A stretch of 64,000 bases of DNA from Bigelowiella natans CCMP2755. Taxonomy: Eukaryota; Protista; Cercozoa. The DNA lies in contig ADNK01001706.1 in assembly GCA_000320545.1 (NCBI GenBank), positions 4,101 through 68,100 of the forward strand. The letters are read 5' to 3'. Shown here piece by piece: positions 23,049-36,615 of this stretch; within the stretch, counting starts at the first letter, position 1; each line of letters begins with the position of its first letter. The translations under genes were made by a program, and so were the position numbers. The notes beneath the pieces were generated by a model, which saw only the letters and a list, made by a program, of their open reading frames with translations, was not told the DNA's origin and ran no database searches.

Positions 23049-24340
23049 CTAGTAAGCTTGTCCGAACCAGTCGATGTATGAGCCTTGATAGTTCGCCCAG
23101 TTTCCATGCCCCTTTGCTGCAGCGTACGCAGCAGCTTGGTGAGATCGCATGCCGGATCTAGAGTTACGAGTATATTCAAATAATCAGCTATTAGAAATGA
23201 AAATGAATAGTATTGTCACAAAGAATTAGCAGCTGAAAGATTACTTGCAATACACGACGACGTCATCATCCGGCATGATTTTGGGGATCCCATATCGCTC
23301 CTTCCATTGCTAAAATATAGAATTGATACAAAAATTTGGTCGTCAGTTAGTCTAGCGTCAGTGACCAATGGCCAAGTAAAAGAATCAGAACTTCAAGTAA
23401 TAGAACAAACACACTGATGACAGTCTTCCTAGCTCGCACAATAATTCCCGATTTTGCAAAACGTATGATTAACTTACAGAACTTACATCTTCACTCATTT
23501 CAAGAGCATCCACAAACTCACTCAAAGGAATGTTAATTGATCCTGGGATCGCACCTAACGACAGTTATCCTTCACGTTGGAGATAGAAGTATTTTTCAGT
23601 CTGCAAATGATTTTCACCGAAGTCAAGCTCGTCGCGTTCTCTAACGTCGATGAGACGTTCGTCGCTACCTAAAGTCAGATTGAAGCTCTTTACATTCAAT
23701 TTACAAATCATCAATTTAAAATCATCGCCCGTCTACCACACACCTTCGAGAATTCGTTGGGAGAGGCCTTCAACATACTGCTTATCCACAACAGGAACTG
23801 TCGGCGCAGCAGAGAATGTACGACTCTGGAAGCACATATTCGTTAATTTTTTGCGGAATTTTCGAAAGCATTCGAGGAAAATCAAAGCAATAGTCTCAAA
23901 TAGTGTAAAAGTATGTGCCTACCATTGCTGCCACTCTTCTCAACGTGCGTCCAGCATAGCTAAGTACGGAAGGAAGAAGGTGTAAGCACACTGTAAATTT
24001 CAATGAAGCTTGAATCAAAAGCATGGCTTCCAACTATTGCATCAGCAACTGGATACGAACATGATTTCTAGTATACATTCTCCGACGGCCTAGTTAGCTG
24101 CTCAGCCTAGCTAAAAACCCACATGTGAGGCTTCCGAGCCGACGACGTGGCCGCGCCATACGACATCGCCGAAACACTCGAGCGCTTCATAGCAGACTTT
24201 GACGCCGTGTTGCCTGCACACCGAATCATCGACGGTCGCAAGGCGCGAAGGGTGTGGGCAAAACGCGTGGAAGAGGATGCATGAGCGTGTGCTGTGAGCA
24301 GGAGGGGGTAGTACAGGGCGATCCGCCTGAGAGCCATCAT
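23049..24340 (-). CDS. Rhodanese / thiosulfate sulfurtransferase domain protein with N-terminal targeting-like sequence, multi-exon
   Basis: Spliced motifs LIDVRERDE / GAIPGSINIPLSEF / DDDVVVYCK-SGMRS / NYQGSYIDWF*; hydrophobic then Ser/Arg/Ala-rich N-terminus (24107-24340), whose link to the gene is inferred. Confidence 0.85.
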
Positions 24341-24663
24341 TACTAGAATGGAAAATTGGTTAAAATAAATTAGATAGTTCTGGTATCAAAAAGGTACTTC
24401 TACAGCTTCGAAATTGAGTCTTATGGATATTTCTACAGAAAGTTTTCCTGAACATTAATTCGAGAAATACTCGATATATGTGGCATATCTTTGTGCCTAA
24501 GCATAACCGAGCCCAATCTTGCCTCGTCATTTATTTATCCGGCCAGGGTAGTACTCGTGACAATAAGGGCAAAACAGAAGGTTTTACGATACAATTCCTT
24601 GTCGCTCAACATAATTAAAGGCAAAAACTGAAAAGTTTCTAAGAACTTTCCGCCTCCTCATTA

Positions 24664-25976
24664 ATGGCCGCTTCGGGGAAAGACGAGGCGCTCGTCGGAC
24701 ATCTTGAAAGCTTTTGGAGCGCGGCTTGCAAGCATCTCCAAGTCCCCGATGATCTTCGAAAGAGCTGGATGGAGACCATCGTAGAGCGTTACCGGGAACG
24801 GCATCGAGTGATACAATTCTCATCGATTCTCATGCATGCATCCTCGTTTTCACTGTTGTTTTCTTTGTCAGGCTTATCACACTCTCCATCATCTCGATGA
24901 GCTCTTCCAATATTGCGCAAAGCATCAAGAGGAGCTAAAAAGACCGCATCTAGTCACAATGGCTATATTCTTCCACGACATAATTTATGACCCCAAGCAA
25001 GCAGCACCTGCAAATGAAAATATGGTATGAAAGCAAATCCTCGAAACGCCAATCGCCGCACTACTTGATTTTCAATATTCGCCCCAGAGTTGACATGATA
25101 TAACCCTCCTGATCAGAGCGCCCTTGAATTTGTACGGTTTGCCGACGAAGTGAAGACGGCCACGGAAGGGAAGTCGTTTGGCAAAGAAGATATCGATCTC
25201 GTGGAGGCCTGGATCAAAAAGGTAGTCTGGAATTTCTACGCTCTGAGGGGAGGCTGTTGATAGATATCCCTCCGCCGTGCAACTGAGAGATTGCTACAGG
25301 TCGCTAATCATTTGATTGCTCTCAGACCGCTGACCACGTGTGCACCTCGGAAGATAGTAAAGACTGCAAGCTATTTATGGATTGGGATATTGCTATTCTA
25401 GGACAGCCATGGCCAAGATATGAACGATACATGAAATCGGTGGTGCCTTTATAAGATCTTTTGATGCATTTTTGTCGTCTAAGTTCTCTGTTGGCAACGC
25501 CGAGCAGGTTCGTACCGAATACCGTCATATTCCCTACTTCATCTGGTGTGTGGCACGGCCAAGGTTCTTGCGAAAGACCCTGGATCAAAAGCAGGTGTCA
25601 CGATGAACATAGCTCATCGCAAGACAGCAAATGTTGGTAGAGTTAGCGGTAAAACTAAAACCGCGCGGTTGGTTCTCTAGTGCGTAGTAAACTGAGATAT
25701 GTTCGAATGCGCGTTTTGTTCGGCAAGCGTTGTAGAAAAGAAGGCAGCCACGAAAGCGTTGTTATCCTATCTTGCAGGTTTTCGCGACTGATCATTATCA
25801 AAAACTACTAGGAGGGTGAGTAAATCGATGTATAAGCGTTATTTTACTGCCCTGATTCCTTTTTCTCTTCTAGGCAAGCCAGGGAGAATCTTTTGGAGGA
25901 AATTCGAATACTAGAAAGTGAAGTGGGCTTCATAGGACGCACGGCTGCGAGACTTATCCTATATTTCCTTAGCTGA
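24664..25976 (+). CDS. HD-superfamily metal-dependent phosphohydrolase (COG4339-like), multi-exon
   Basis: YRERHR-AYHTLHHLDEL, AIFFHDIIYDP, FMDWDIAILG, VRTEYRH and ARENL motifs across GT-AG introns. Confidence 0.88.
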
Positions 25977-26185
25977 TTCACAGCATGATCCTAGCTTGTA
26001 TGCATTGTTATTATCGGATTATGAAGGATAGCTGCTAGACTGCTAGCCGATACGCGTGAGTCTTACTATATTATTATTATTATCATCCGGCGGCATACTC
26101 CTGTATACCTGCGCATGTGTGATATGCGAAGCTCTGCTATGATGAGGTTAAGGCTGTGATTTTAACTCTCGCCATATAGGGACAC

Positions 26186-26230
<45 letters not shown>

Positions 26231-27926
26231 GACGTAGGATAATAAGGTGATGGACAACTATATCTAAATATATGTACGACTGCGCGCGCAGCAATGGCCA
26301 AGTGCTAGAGCGCGTGGCAGCAGCGGGCGCACTTATGATATCGATGTAAAATGTCGTTTCCCAGTGATAAGAGGAGCTATGCCATCGCTACACAGCAGCG
26401 CCACACAGCGCAGTGTTGTACACCATAATAAAGTAACGATGACATGTTCTCTTTGGCTGTTACAAGGCAAGCGGGCATGGGCACATACTGCAGCGCCTCT
26501 TGTTCGACACACGGGCAACATCACAGTGCAACGTGATTATTGGCTACATGATCGATTGGTTCATGTATGCAGGCACAGGCAAGATACAGTTCTTTTGAAT
26601 GTTAACCAATTTTAAACCAAGAAGGCAAAGATTACCGCAATCTATCCGTCCTTGCTGCATATTTCAAATATAGTTTGATATATAAACGCCTTTAGAATTA
26701 TGGAATCAGCGCTTTTATCAGTCTGGTTTCACGCAAACAAAATTAAAAAACTACGAGAACATACATCTAGACATACATAAACAGCATGGCGTGCCGTATG
26801 CAGTAGATCCCCTTCACTTTTTTATTTCTTTTCGAAAACACTGATGTGCCTCCTATTTTGTGCCTATATCCTCTTTCAAGTGTGCGATCGCACGCACATG
26901 TTTGTCCATGCGTAGTGGATAAAGAACGTATTCAGCATAAAGTAGTACCACCCTACACCGCAACCAAAACAGCGAAAACAACAACAATAACCATCACAAC
27001 TCACAACAAGAGTGCCAACCATCACTTCAAAGCAGTCTCCAAACATGATAGTTACCGAGCATTTAATTGTCACACTGGCTTGTTTAAAAAAACAAAAATT
27101 GGGCTCGCGAAACCAATTTCCAAGTCGGAACATTAGTACATTGTGCATGAATAGTACGTACGAGCAAGCAAAACCCCTGCAATCACACACAGATCTTCAT
27201 TCATCATTCACACAAGCAGCTGTGGCATGCTCACCTAGCATCTCTGAGAACACGTATAGAACCTCTCTCAAACCCCTGTCTGAGCTGCAGGCAGCCGCGA
27301 TCAAGACGACCGTTAGACCACTGTCGCGAAAACAAAATGCAAGGGGGGGGGGGGGTAGAAATGACTGGGTCAGGTCGCATTCACTGCACAGCCGCACGCA
27401 TGATCTCATTATACTTATACCCCCAAAAGAAACGCCCCAAACTGAAACACGCCTGGTATGTATGCTACTCTTTTGATATATTCTTGGTCGTTGTCTCATT
27501 ATCATCGTGCGTGTGCAGTGAGAAAACGAATACAGTTGGAAGGACGCGCCCAGCACCCCGAGCAAGAAGGCGACCGCGCTAAGCTTCAACAGCCTGGTAT
27601 AGTTGCATTCAAAGCAAACGCACGCGCACTCACACCGGGCACAATGGCATGGGGCGAATCGGCCCAGTCGAGCGATGAGGAGGCTCGACTCACACACCTT
27701 TTCCTCAGCACTTTGGCCTTTTTCACTTGGAAGTTCCGGGGTTTCAGACGTCTGGTGAAAACGGGTGTGTGTGTGTGTGTCTTTCGGCGTGTTTTGGGTC
27801 GGGCGGCCATGCATGAGTGCGCTCTGCTTGTACCTATTGAGTCTTCGCGGGTTGTTGGCTGCTGTTGCGGCTGCAAAGAAATGGCATTCCAAGCTCAGAA
27901 AGGATTCGCCAATGATATGCCACGTG

Positions 27927-27958
<32 letters not shown>

Positions 27959-28091
27959 TACGCAGACGCACGCACGCATGCCCCTACCTTCCCTGCCATT
28001 GGCGCTCTGGGACCGCGACAACTCTGGCTTGACTATCGAAGCCTCCTTCGTTGGTGTCATCATACATGTACGTTATAGACGTACACACGGC

Positions 28092-28690
28092 TCATCCAAC
28101 AACTCCACACTCGCCCTTCGTGTATACGACGCAGATCAGCCTCCCCACACACCACGCTATTTCTACCTTTTCCAGGTGTAGGCCCGCGCGTATTACTTCT
28201 TTGGGTGTCATCTTGCTCGTCATTGCCGCCCTCCCCTTCGTCGCCATTACCAGGCCGCCACCGGCTCGCGGCGCACTCACCGTCGATTGCATGTTTGAAA
28301 GAGGCCGGCATAATGGCCGGGGTTGCTGCTGCTGCTGCTGGTGCTGCTGCAGGGATTCAAACGTGGATGTAGAAGAGGCCGTCAGCTGGGCATTGCTCGA
28401 GGCCATTGGCTCGGGTTGATCTCCATCATTGCTGCCGCTTATGCACGCCTCGCTGCCATTCGCCTGGGGCGTCCGGAGGGCCTCGTCAGATGGCCTGGCG
28501 CTGCTTTCGTCAGTGGATTGTGAACGTCCTGCCCCTCCTCCTCCTCCTCCTCCTCCTCCTCCCTCGCCCCCCCCCCCTCCTCTTTGAGATGAGGAGAGAC
28601 CTGGCCCCTTTCTGGTGAGGGACCTGCAATGTATCGTGGGATTACACCAAAATAAAGAAAACTGGGCATTCAAAAGCACATAAATATATG

Positions 28691-28730
<40 letters not shown>

Positions 28731-29025
28731 TACTGGGACGAGGAGGCAGCTCGGTGCTGCGGCGAGGATACCGACGTCGACCTTCCATCAATGGACGGCC
28801 CCACGACGCTCGCACTGACTCGGTGCAGCCATTTCGAGCCAAATCCCTTTTCTTCCAAGGGACTCAGCGGCTGCGGTTTGTTCCGATACCTCTTCTCTCC
28901 CGCCAGGGCCTTATCCAACGATGAAGACAACGACGGCGTTGCACAGCTGCTAATAAGCTCCGACAGCCCCGGCGGTCGGCTTTTCACGTCTATCAAGGAA
29001 CGGGAGAGGCCCCGTACCGTGTCGC

Positions 29026-29062
<37 letters not shown>

Positions 29063-29253
29063 GCCGTTGCCGTTTCTGCTGCTGCTGCTGCCGAGGCCTT
29101 TGTCGTAGCGAGGAGGAGCTCGGCAGCCTTGCTTGAGCGTCTTGGGCAACGTGGAGGCTGTCGCTGCTAAGCGGGGCTGGCGAAGCTGAACGAGAGCACT
29201 GGCGGTCAGTTTGCAGTAGGAGAACGTATTGAAGGAATGGATAGCCATGTGTA

Positions 29254-29295
<42 letters not shown>

Positions 29296-29859
29296 TTTAT
29301 ATACATGCGTGTGTGGGCATGCTTTCCCGCTCTACCTGCGACATTCTCGAGGTGAGAGTGCCTCTGCTTAGATTTCCAACCATCATCGTCTTTGCGTCGC
29401 CCGATTTCTTGGCCGAGGCCGTCGGTAGGCAGACCTCATACAACAACTCTGCGTGTTGGGGGATAGGAAGATGAGCATGAATCCACCTCTCCCAAGGGCC
29501 ACCACATAGCGAACACTATGCTGCAAGCGTAAAACACTTAATAGAGGACCCTGATACGATTGACAACATGACCTCAAAAGCACAACACGTACTGGCGAAT
29601 CGTCTTCTCCAAAAATGAAGAACGGATGATGCACATAGGGTAGCGTGTGGTTGTTCCAGAAACGACGAGTCGCTCACCTCTATGCCTCTCGGGGAGCGGC
29701 GTCTCTGCCATCGTCTGAGATAACTGCATGAATCGACAAACACCACTCTGACCGCCAGATACAGAATTCCGAACATATGTTTAACACACACACACACACA
29801 CACACACACCCCCACAGGTATATATATTTATATACATATATATATATATATATATAATA

Positions 29860-29894
<35 letters not shown>

Positions 29895-29921
29895 ACACAC
29901 ACACACACACACATGTATATA

Positions 29922-29992
<71 letters not shown>

Positions 29993-30117
29993 TTATATCA
30001 AAAAGGCCTTTTCTGATCATGCCTGGCTCGCAATGGCATGAGTCTTGCTCATCCCTTCTCGCGTATGTTGCGAGTATATACCTTTAAGCAAACAAAACAG
30101 ATATGTACGAGTATATA

Positions 30118-30156
<39 letters not shown>

Positions 30157-30290
30157 CACATATCTGTTTGTTTTCTTAACAAGACGGACTTTTGTGCAGC
30201 TCTTTAAGCCTTTTCTCGACAGAAATCAAGATCCTCGTGAGCTTTAGGGGAAGCAGCAGCAAAATCCCTTTGTTCGTATATGTTCATCCA
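28092..30290 (-). CDS. Hypothetical low-complexity protein, multi-exon, with microsatellite-filled introns
   Basis: Exon-like ORF parts (28092-28625, 28730-29248, 29330-29440, 29590-29760) with poly-G/Q/N tracts, separated by (TA)n/(CA)n runs next to GT donors; ends uncertain. Confidence 0.45.
29784..29991. repeat. Compound microsatellite (CA)n-(TA)n-(TG)n, repeated twice
   Basis: Directly visible. Confidence 0.9.
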
Positions 30291-31328
30291 AAGCACCAGC
30301 AAATGAAGAGTGAGGAGTTAGATTGAGGACCGGGCTTGATATGAGCGAGGCGATGCATCAGAATCAATGCTATGCAAAGGGGGGGGGGGAGGGGGGGATG
30401 AGCAGAACTTTCTCACCAGTCAATACGAAAGCCTTGAATACGATGAAAACTTGCTTCTTAGTCATGACAACTAGGACAAAGCTCAAGGCTTGCGAGCTGA
30501 GCAGAGCAACCGGGATCCCGAAACGCAACGTGTAGTGGCGAGGGGTGCTGCAAAGCGATAGTAATGGAAGAACATTTACCAAAATCAATAGGCCCAATAT
30601 ATAATATTTGGGAGATTGTGCAGGAAATTGTGCGGTGATACAGCGAATCCTCACATCATTCCAAGAATGATAAGTATTGTTAAGATGCAAGGTACATTCT
30701 GATTCCCATAGTCTGCCCCTCTACGAGGCTCACCTGCAAGAATTATTCACGAAGCTCAACTTCCATAGACGTGGTTGTCGGTTAGTGGGATAATGGGCAA
30801 GAAAAGGAAGTTAAGAAAACAAAGCTAGTAGCAGTACCAGCTCAACCAGTTTTAAGACAGAAGATCCGAGAGATATCTAAGTTAGAGGCAGAAATCCATT
30901 AATGTGACGAGAAAGGATTGAAGAGGACTGAATTTTGTGACTGCTACTTCAGTGATTCCAGAGATCCCAAACAGCGCCTTTAGGCAAAACAGAAAAGTGT
31001 TAAAGTATGATCGGATCTGTGGTCAAGTACACTGTATTCTATGGGAGCTGCTGCTGGCAATGTCGATGATGCCCAAAGCTACCGTGTCGCTAAATCCGAG
31101 ACAGTGGCTGAAAAGAAGAACAAAAAGTTAATTCGGCTTAGGGCTGGCACCAGATATCTTATAATTCGTTCGTTCGAAAATCTACACTTTTTTTGTGGAG
31201 TACCCGAAGGAAAGGAGGCATAAGAGTGTGGAATTGATAAGCGTCAGTCTGGGGGAGAAACAAGGAAGAATGTGAGCACACAAAAGGGAAGGGGAATCGA
31301 TGTAATTCACACACGCGCAAACACAGAC

Positions 31329-31374
<46 letters not shown>

Positions 31375-33382
31375 GGGGGGTTGGGAACACATAGAGTTTC
31401 AGATGCGAACCTCTGCACGGAGACCTTCGATTGAATCTTCTCGTCAGAGAAAAATAATGTTTGAATCAACTGCAGCGATGCAAGGACTGACTGGCCCGTC
31501 GTACACGCCCACGCTATGGCACACCGTGTCCCTACCCCATCCATAAGGAGGTATCGTATCCTTCCTTTGACGAGCTGTGCGTTTGTTTCAAATTCCGTCG
31601 ATGTGGATAGTTGCGATCACCAATTGCAAGGTAAAATGATAGCTTCGCGACAAGGAAATTACCGTGTCGCAGAATGGAAACAAATGGTATTTCAGAGGCA
31701 TAACACCGAAGACGTAACCGGTGGCACGCTTCGTACGAAACGAGATTGTTCCATGGCTTCAAAAATTCTTTGTTTTCACCTTAGTTTCACCGAAAGCTGC
31801 TGCTGACAGACGGTGCTCTAAGCCCTGTTTTCGAACAAGGAATGTGTTGTCGTTAGCAACGAACCCAATGCGAATCTGGGTCACCTTTCAACAAACGGCA
31901 TGGCAGCTGCTTGGGGGGAAGGGGGGGGAGCGAGTGAGTTTGTGAGGTGGCAAACTAATTCACATTGTCAGTTTAGTTGCGTTGAATTGGGCGTGGGACA
32001 AAGAATTTCATTTTTCTTGGTGTTTCTGTGGATTTCTGTTGATTGGGGAGGGAGGGCACAGAGATGAATCAGTTGCTAGGTTGTTGTCCCACGATGCTTC
32101 CATCCGCACCAATGAAAGACTTCTTTCTTTCTTTCTCAAACTGCACTTCCAAAGCGTTGCAAGACACACACACAAACACACAAACAGAGAGAGCAAGCAA
32201 GAGGGCTAGAGGGGTGCCCGACACAAATTGGGCACTTGCATGACATGCGCGACGTGTTGCAATGTTCAATTTGAACAATCACCACGTGAGCACTCGTTTC
32301 AAACTTCCCGCATGAGTTACATGCGTCGCATCTATACATCGACTACAGACACAGCATGCACAATGTGTGTACATGGATGCGCATGCACTAGTGCATGCGC
32401 GACACGCTGTCAGCGCCATTCTCTGGTTCTGCGCTGTCCAGATCTGGAGTTGTCTGTGGGGGTGCTAGCGAGTCTGCAACCGCTGTTGCTTCCTTTGTGA
32501 CAGCCAAACAGCAAATGTGTTGCCAGGTGTTGCGCCAGATGTCGAGCTTGCACTGCGCCAGCTAGCTCGATGCAGCACTAGCTGTCTCCGAATCCTAGAA
32601 TCAGCCAGCCGCACACAAGTGTTGCAGTTTGATCACATGCTAGCAGCATGCCAGCGTGCGTGTAGTTAGGCATCAAGCTACTGATTTGCGCTGTCGCTGT
32701 CGCACCCATGCACATGCATCGCTCCTGGCCATGCATCGCATGCGCACTAGCTCGCGGCACGATCAACGCCCCCTCTAGCCCTCCCCCCCAAGAAGCTAGC
32801 CACGCGTTCATTCTCGCACCAGCTCAATGATCTGCGTCGCAACGTGAACTTTTATCGTTATGTGGTTCAACACAAATACGGACTTAGCGCAAGTTCAAAC
32901 ATGATGAGATGCATGACGTGTGCGAAGCAAGCCACGCGTTCTCACGATCTGAATCTCTCAAAGATGTCCAGCTGGAGCGAACTACAGCGGAGACGATGGT
33001 GTTGCATTTCTACCAGCGCGAGAGCAAAAACGTTGTGCGGGAAAAATCCTGCATCAGCACCTGACATGTGCCGTGGCGGCATGCTGGCTGCCGGTTTCCT
33101 CGGAGGGAACGAGGAGGGGCAAGTCCCTCTCACCAGCCCGCCACCTCCATATCACTCATTAAACAATATAACAGAATAACATCTATCGTTCAGCAACACA
33201 ACATGAGTATAATGGAAAGCTACTTGAGGCATATAAAAATTCATCCTTGGATGAATTTTTTCTTTGCTTTATAATACGACACTGTACAAGGCATGAAAAA
33301 CTTGCAAGTCTTATCAAGGTGCTTCTTGGTACCAAGATTATTACGCATTTCCATCTGTAATTCCCCCAACCTCTATTCCTCT

Positions 33383-33855
33383 CTATGGTTCGTAGTCATC
33401 ATCATCTGAGTAAGAGTAATTTTTATTTCTAGTGCTAGTTCTTTCCCGCCTCCGCATAGGGCGGTCTTGGATCTCGTCCTGCCCATCCTCCTCCTTAACC
33501 TGCATGATATACCAGCATTTATCAATATATATGTTTGAAATTTAGAAGGTGAGAAGCCATTGTTTAATAACTTTGAGACCTTCGGGGCAGTGGTGGAGGA
33601 GGTGGAGAAAATCCTGTCCTTTTCAACTATCTTCGCCCTCCGGACATTTTGACCTTGTTTTGGTTTTGCTGCATTATATCCTTCCCATCCTTTAACTACA
33701 TTACCATAATGACTAGTATCTGCGATATATGCCTCTTCAAGTTCGAATAATTGGCGCTCGGTGGACTTGAGGTCTTCTTCAATCTGTTGCTTACGCTGGA
33801 GAAGTGCTTTCATTTGTGCAGAGAACGAAGTCTTCGGATTCGCACTACTTTTCAT
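33383..33855 (-). CDS. EAF6: NuA4 histone acetyltransferase subunit Eaf6 (2 exons)
   Basis: LLQRKQQIEEDLKSTERQLFELEEAYIADTSHYGNVVKGWEGY...DRIFSTSSTT; second exon VKEEDGQDE...DDDDYEP*. Confidence 0.92.
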
Positions 33856-34881
33856 GTTTTTTGGAAATATATCGGCCGGGAACACTCTTCAATTCCCGGA
33901 GCTGCAAATATTCCAGCCAGCCCGTTTCAATTTATTTCCTGTTTCACAATGTTGCTTCTTACACAGAGCCGTGCGGCGCCATCCAGGCTCACAATCAGGT
34001 TTGAACGTGCGTCCGCCATTATTCATTGTCGCAGATAAAAACAGGACCCCTTTCATACCATACAATCTCATTGCTCCTTTCCCTGCCAGGCAAGATTTCA
34101 TTTGTCGTACGCGTGATTAGTCCTCGCATGCATTCGACATTTCAAAGATGTAATTCGTGTCGTAGATTGCAAATGTAGGCCGTTTGTTCAACGTTGCATC
34201 GGTCGGGTGAGAAGGATACGACTCGTACCCCAACCCGAACGTACCTTGTCCACGCGAGGGGCTCATCCTCAGAAATGGAAAATAATATGGAAAAGAATTG
34301 CGGGGAGAAAAAGAAGGAACGCAAAAGATCGAGCCGAGAGGTGAGCCTTTCTAAGAGAACGCTATGCGAAGCGGCGGCGTTCGCTGAGTCGGGAACAAAG
34401 GAAACAAAGGCGCGAAGGAAAACAGAAAGAAGGTCTCGAGTGCAAAGCAAAACACCTATGTGTGAGGCGATTCGGGGAGGGAAGGGGGGAGGGGGAGAGG
34501 GGGGAGAGGGGGACGGATATGAGGACGGTGGAGTCGGATTTATAGACAAGTAAAGTGTTTGTGGCATCATCATCATCATCATTTCTCTTTTTCTTTTTAC
34601 GTGGTGCTCGTTCTCCCGTGCAACAGCCCTTTGATCGTTACGTCTCCTGTACTTGCCATACATTTTGTCTCTGGAATTGCTCCCCCCACAGAGAGCGGCA
34701 TGCAAAGCGAGTATTCAGCAGGGAATACGAGCGATGCTAGTGAAAGAAGTCATGGCCGCCGGTCTCGCCCCCATCGCCGCCGCTCTCCCGCCTCCCCTTC
34801 CTTGAGATCTGCGTCAAGTCGAAGTGTGAGTCCTGGTCGAATGGCGGAGGGCGACAAGGCCGCGCCGCCCCCTTTGGAGGC

Positions 34882-35916
34882 TTGACATCGACTGACGTGC
34901 TTTGGGAGTGTGATTTGTGCAAGTTTGCGAAGAACCCTGACACGTGCGAAACCTGTGTGCGATGCGGATCTTACGGCGTTGTCGGGGGTGAGGAGGAGGA
35001 AGACTGGGAAGGCGCCCTCAAAGAGGAGCAGGGGTTTCCTTGCTCGGAGAACGATGAGGATGACGACGAGAATGGCGACGTGGGGGATGAGAAGGGCCAG
35101 GAAAGCTACTTGGACGAGGACGAGCTTACTTGGTTATTTTTCCAGTGCCTGAGAGAGCCGTGCAGAGCAGCCATGTGTCTACGCTGCGACAAAATGGTTG
35201 ATACGAGCAAAATGACCATGCACGACTGCTCGGGGACAATGAAGGCGTTAGATCTCTACAATAAGGCCATGGAAATTATCAACAACTCGACTTGGCAAAT
35301 TTGTCCCAAGTGCAAAAGAAGGGGTATCAAAGACCTCAACTGCACGCACATCACCTGCGATTGGTGCCTCTGCAAATGGTGCTACATGTGCGGCGGGGAA
35401 CTCACAAAAGGACATAACAATTGGAATAATTTGAATGATAAGAGGAAGAAAGAAGGGTGCTGCCCTCAGTATCTTAGAAAGCTATATGACCCAACTGGAA
35501 ATGATCCTGCGACTGCTCTCAAAATCTTTCATCTACACCGATTGGTGCTCGAAATGAAAAAAATTATTAGTGAGTTGTTCCACGAGGAGAAGAAGGCCAC
35601 GTTTACGAAAATGGTGAAGCGGTACATGCCCGCTGGCATCGCGGAGGACATGGCAGCTTTCAGACAGCTGCAAGATGTCATTAAACGATACTTCAAGAAG
35701 TCTGACCAGGCGTGGATTCCCGTCAATTCCTGGGATTGGATGTCTGCCAATGATAATGATGGGGCCCCGCCTTTATCGGTCGCCAGTGGAGAGGTTGAGA
35801 GCGTGAGGAGGGAACAGGTGGATGTTCCGTTAGTAAGACGAGCGGCAGAACTAGAAAGAGAAATTGAAAGAGAACAAGAAAGGGCACGAGATATGGCACG
35901 ACGAGGTAGGCAATGA
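34882..35916 (+). CDS. RanBP2-type zinc finger plus IBR/Rcat (RBR-type E3 ligase-like) protein
   Basis: WECDLCKFAKNPDTCETCVRC; FQCLREPCRAAMCLRC; CPKCKRRGIKDLNCTHITCDWCLCKWCYMCG. 5' end unresolved. Confidence 0.8.
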   Translation: MTSTDVLWECDLCKFAKNPDTCETCVRCGSYGVVGGEEEEDWEGALKEEQGFPCSENDEDDDENGDVGDEKGQESYLDEDELTWLFFQCLREPCRAAMCLRCDKMVDTSKMTMHDCSGTMKALDLYNKAMEIINNSTWQICPKCKRRGIKDLNCTHITCDWCLCKWCYMCGGELTKGHNNWNNLNDKRKKEGCCPQYLRKLYDPTGNDPATALKIFHLHRLVLEMKKIISELFHEEKKATFTKMVKRYMPAGIAEDMAAFRQLQDVIKRYFKKSDQAWIPVNSWDWMSANDNDGAPPLSVASGEVESVRREQVDVPLVRRAAELEREIEREQERARDMARRGRQ

Positions 35917-36615
35917 AGGATGCGAAGGCGAGTAAGTACGGCTTTGGTTCATCACGGGCAAAGGCAAGGACGAGGAGGACCAAACGGGATAGGAGCTAGA
36001 TGGCGAGGGCGAGGGCTAAGATGAGCATTCGGAAGAGCATGGAGCGGGGAACATCCGATGTAGGTCTGTAGAGCTTCATGGGGCGCCAGACGACGCAGCG
36101 TCGTGGCACTTGCACATGCTTAGCATGCAAATTAACTGCGCATGCATGCACGCACTGTGCATGCTGAGTCATCCACCTCTTTATACGTGCAGGGTGGTCA
36201 AAGACGCATATCTAGACAAGTAGACCTGTAATAGACATGATATTACGTTGTCTATGATGCATGCTAGCTTCAATTGTCATGCGTGCACGATAATTGCAGC
36301 ATTTTGATTGGGCTAACATAAAGCTAACGTCAAGTGTAATCGCGATTTCATGCACTGATTCGTGATGCATGCATTCATGCTTACAACTAGACAATATAAA
36401 AAGCGCAGCATGTATTAGTCACTAGCATAGAGCAGCATAGATTCGGTCCGCCTGATTACTACGCGTAGTTGTCGCAAGATTTGAACAAGTCTTGTCGCAA
36501 AAGTAATAGCAATAAATGGAGACAGCCAAAGCTAATAAGCACGTTTCGTGTGTAAATGGGATTTTGACGTGACACATACAGTTTAATGACTAAAGTTCAA
36601 TCTCGCCTCAGACAA

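Noticed and set aside
27197-28063. 288-aa minus-strand ORF and overlapping plus-strand ORFs
   Set aside because: They run through (CA)n/(TG)n microsatellites and have no coherent protein features; at most they contain small exons.
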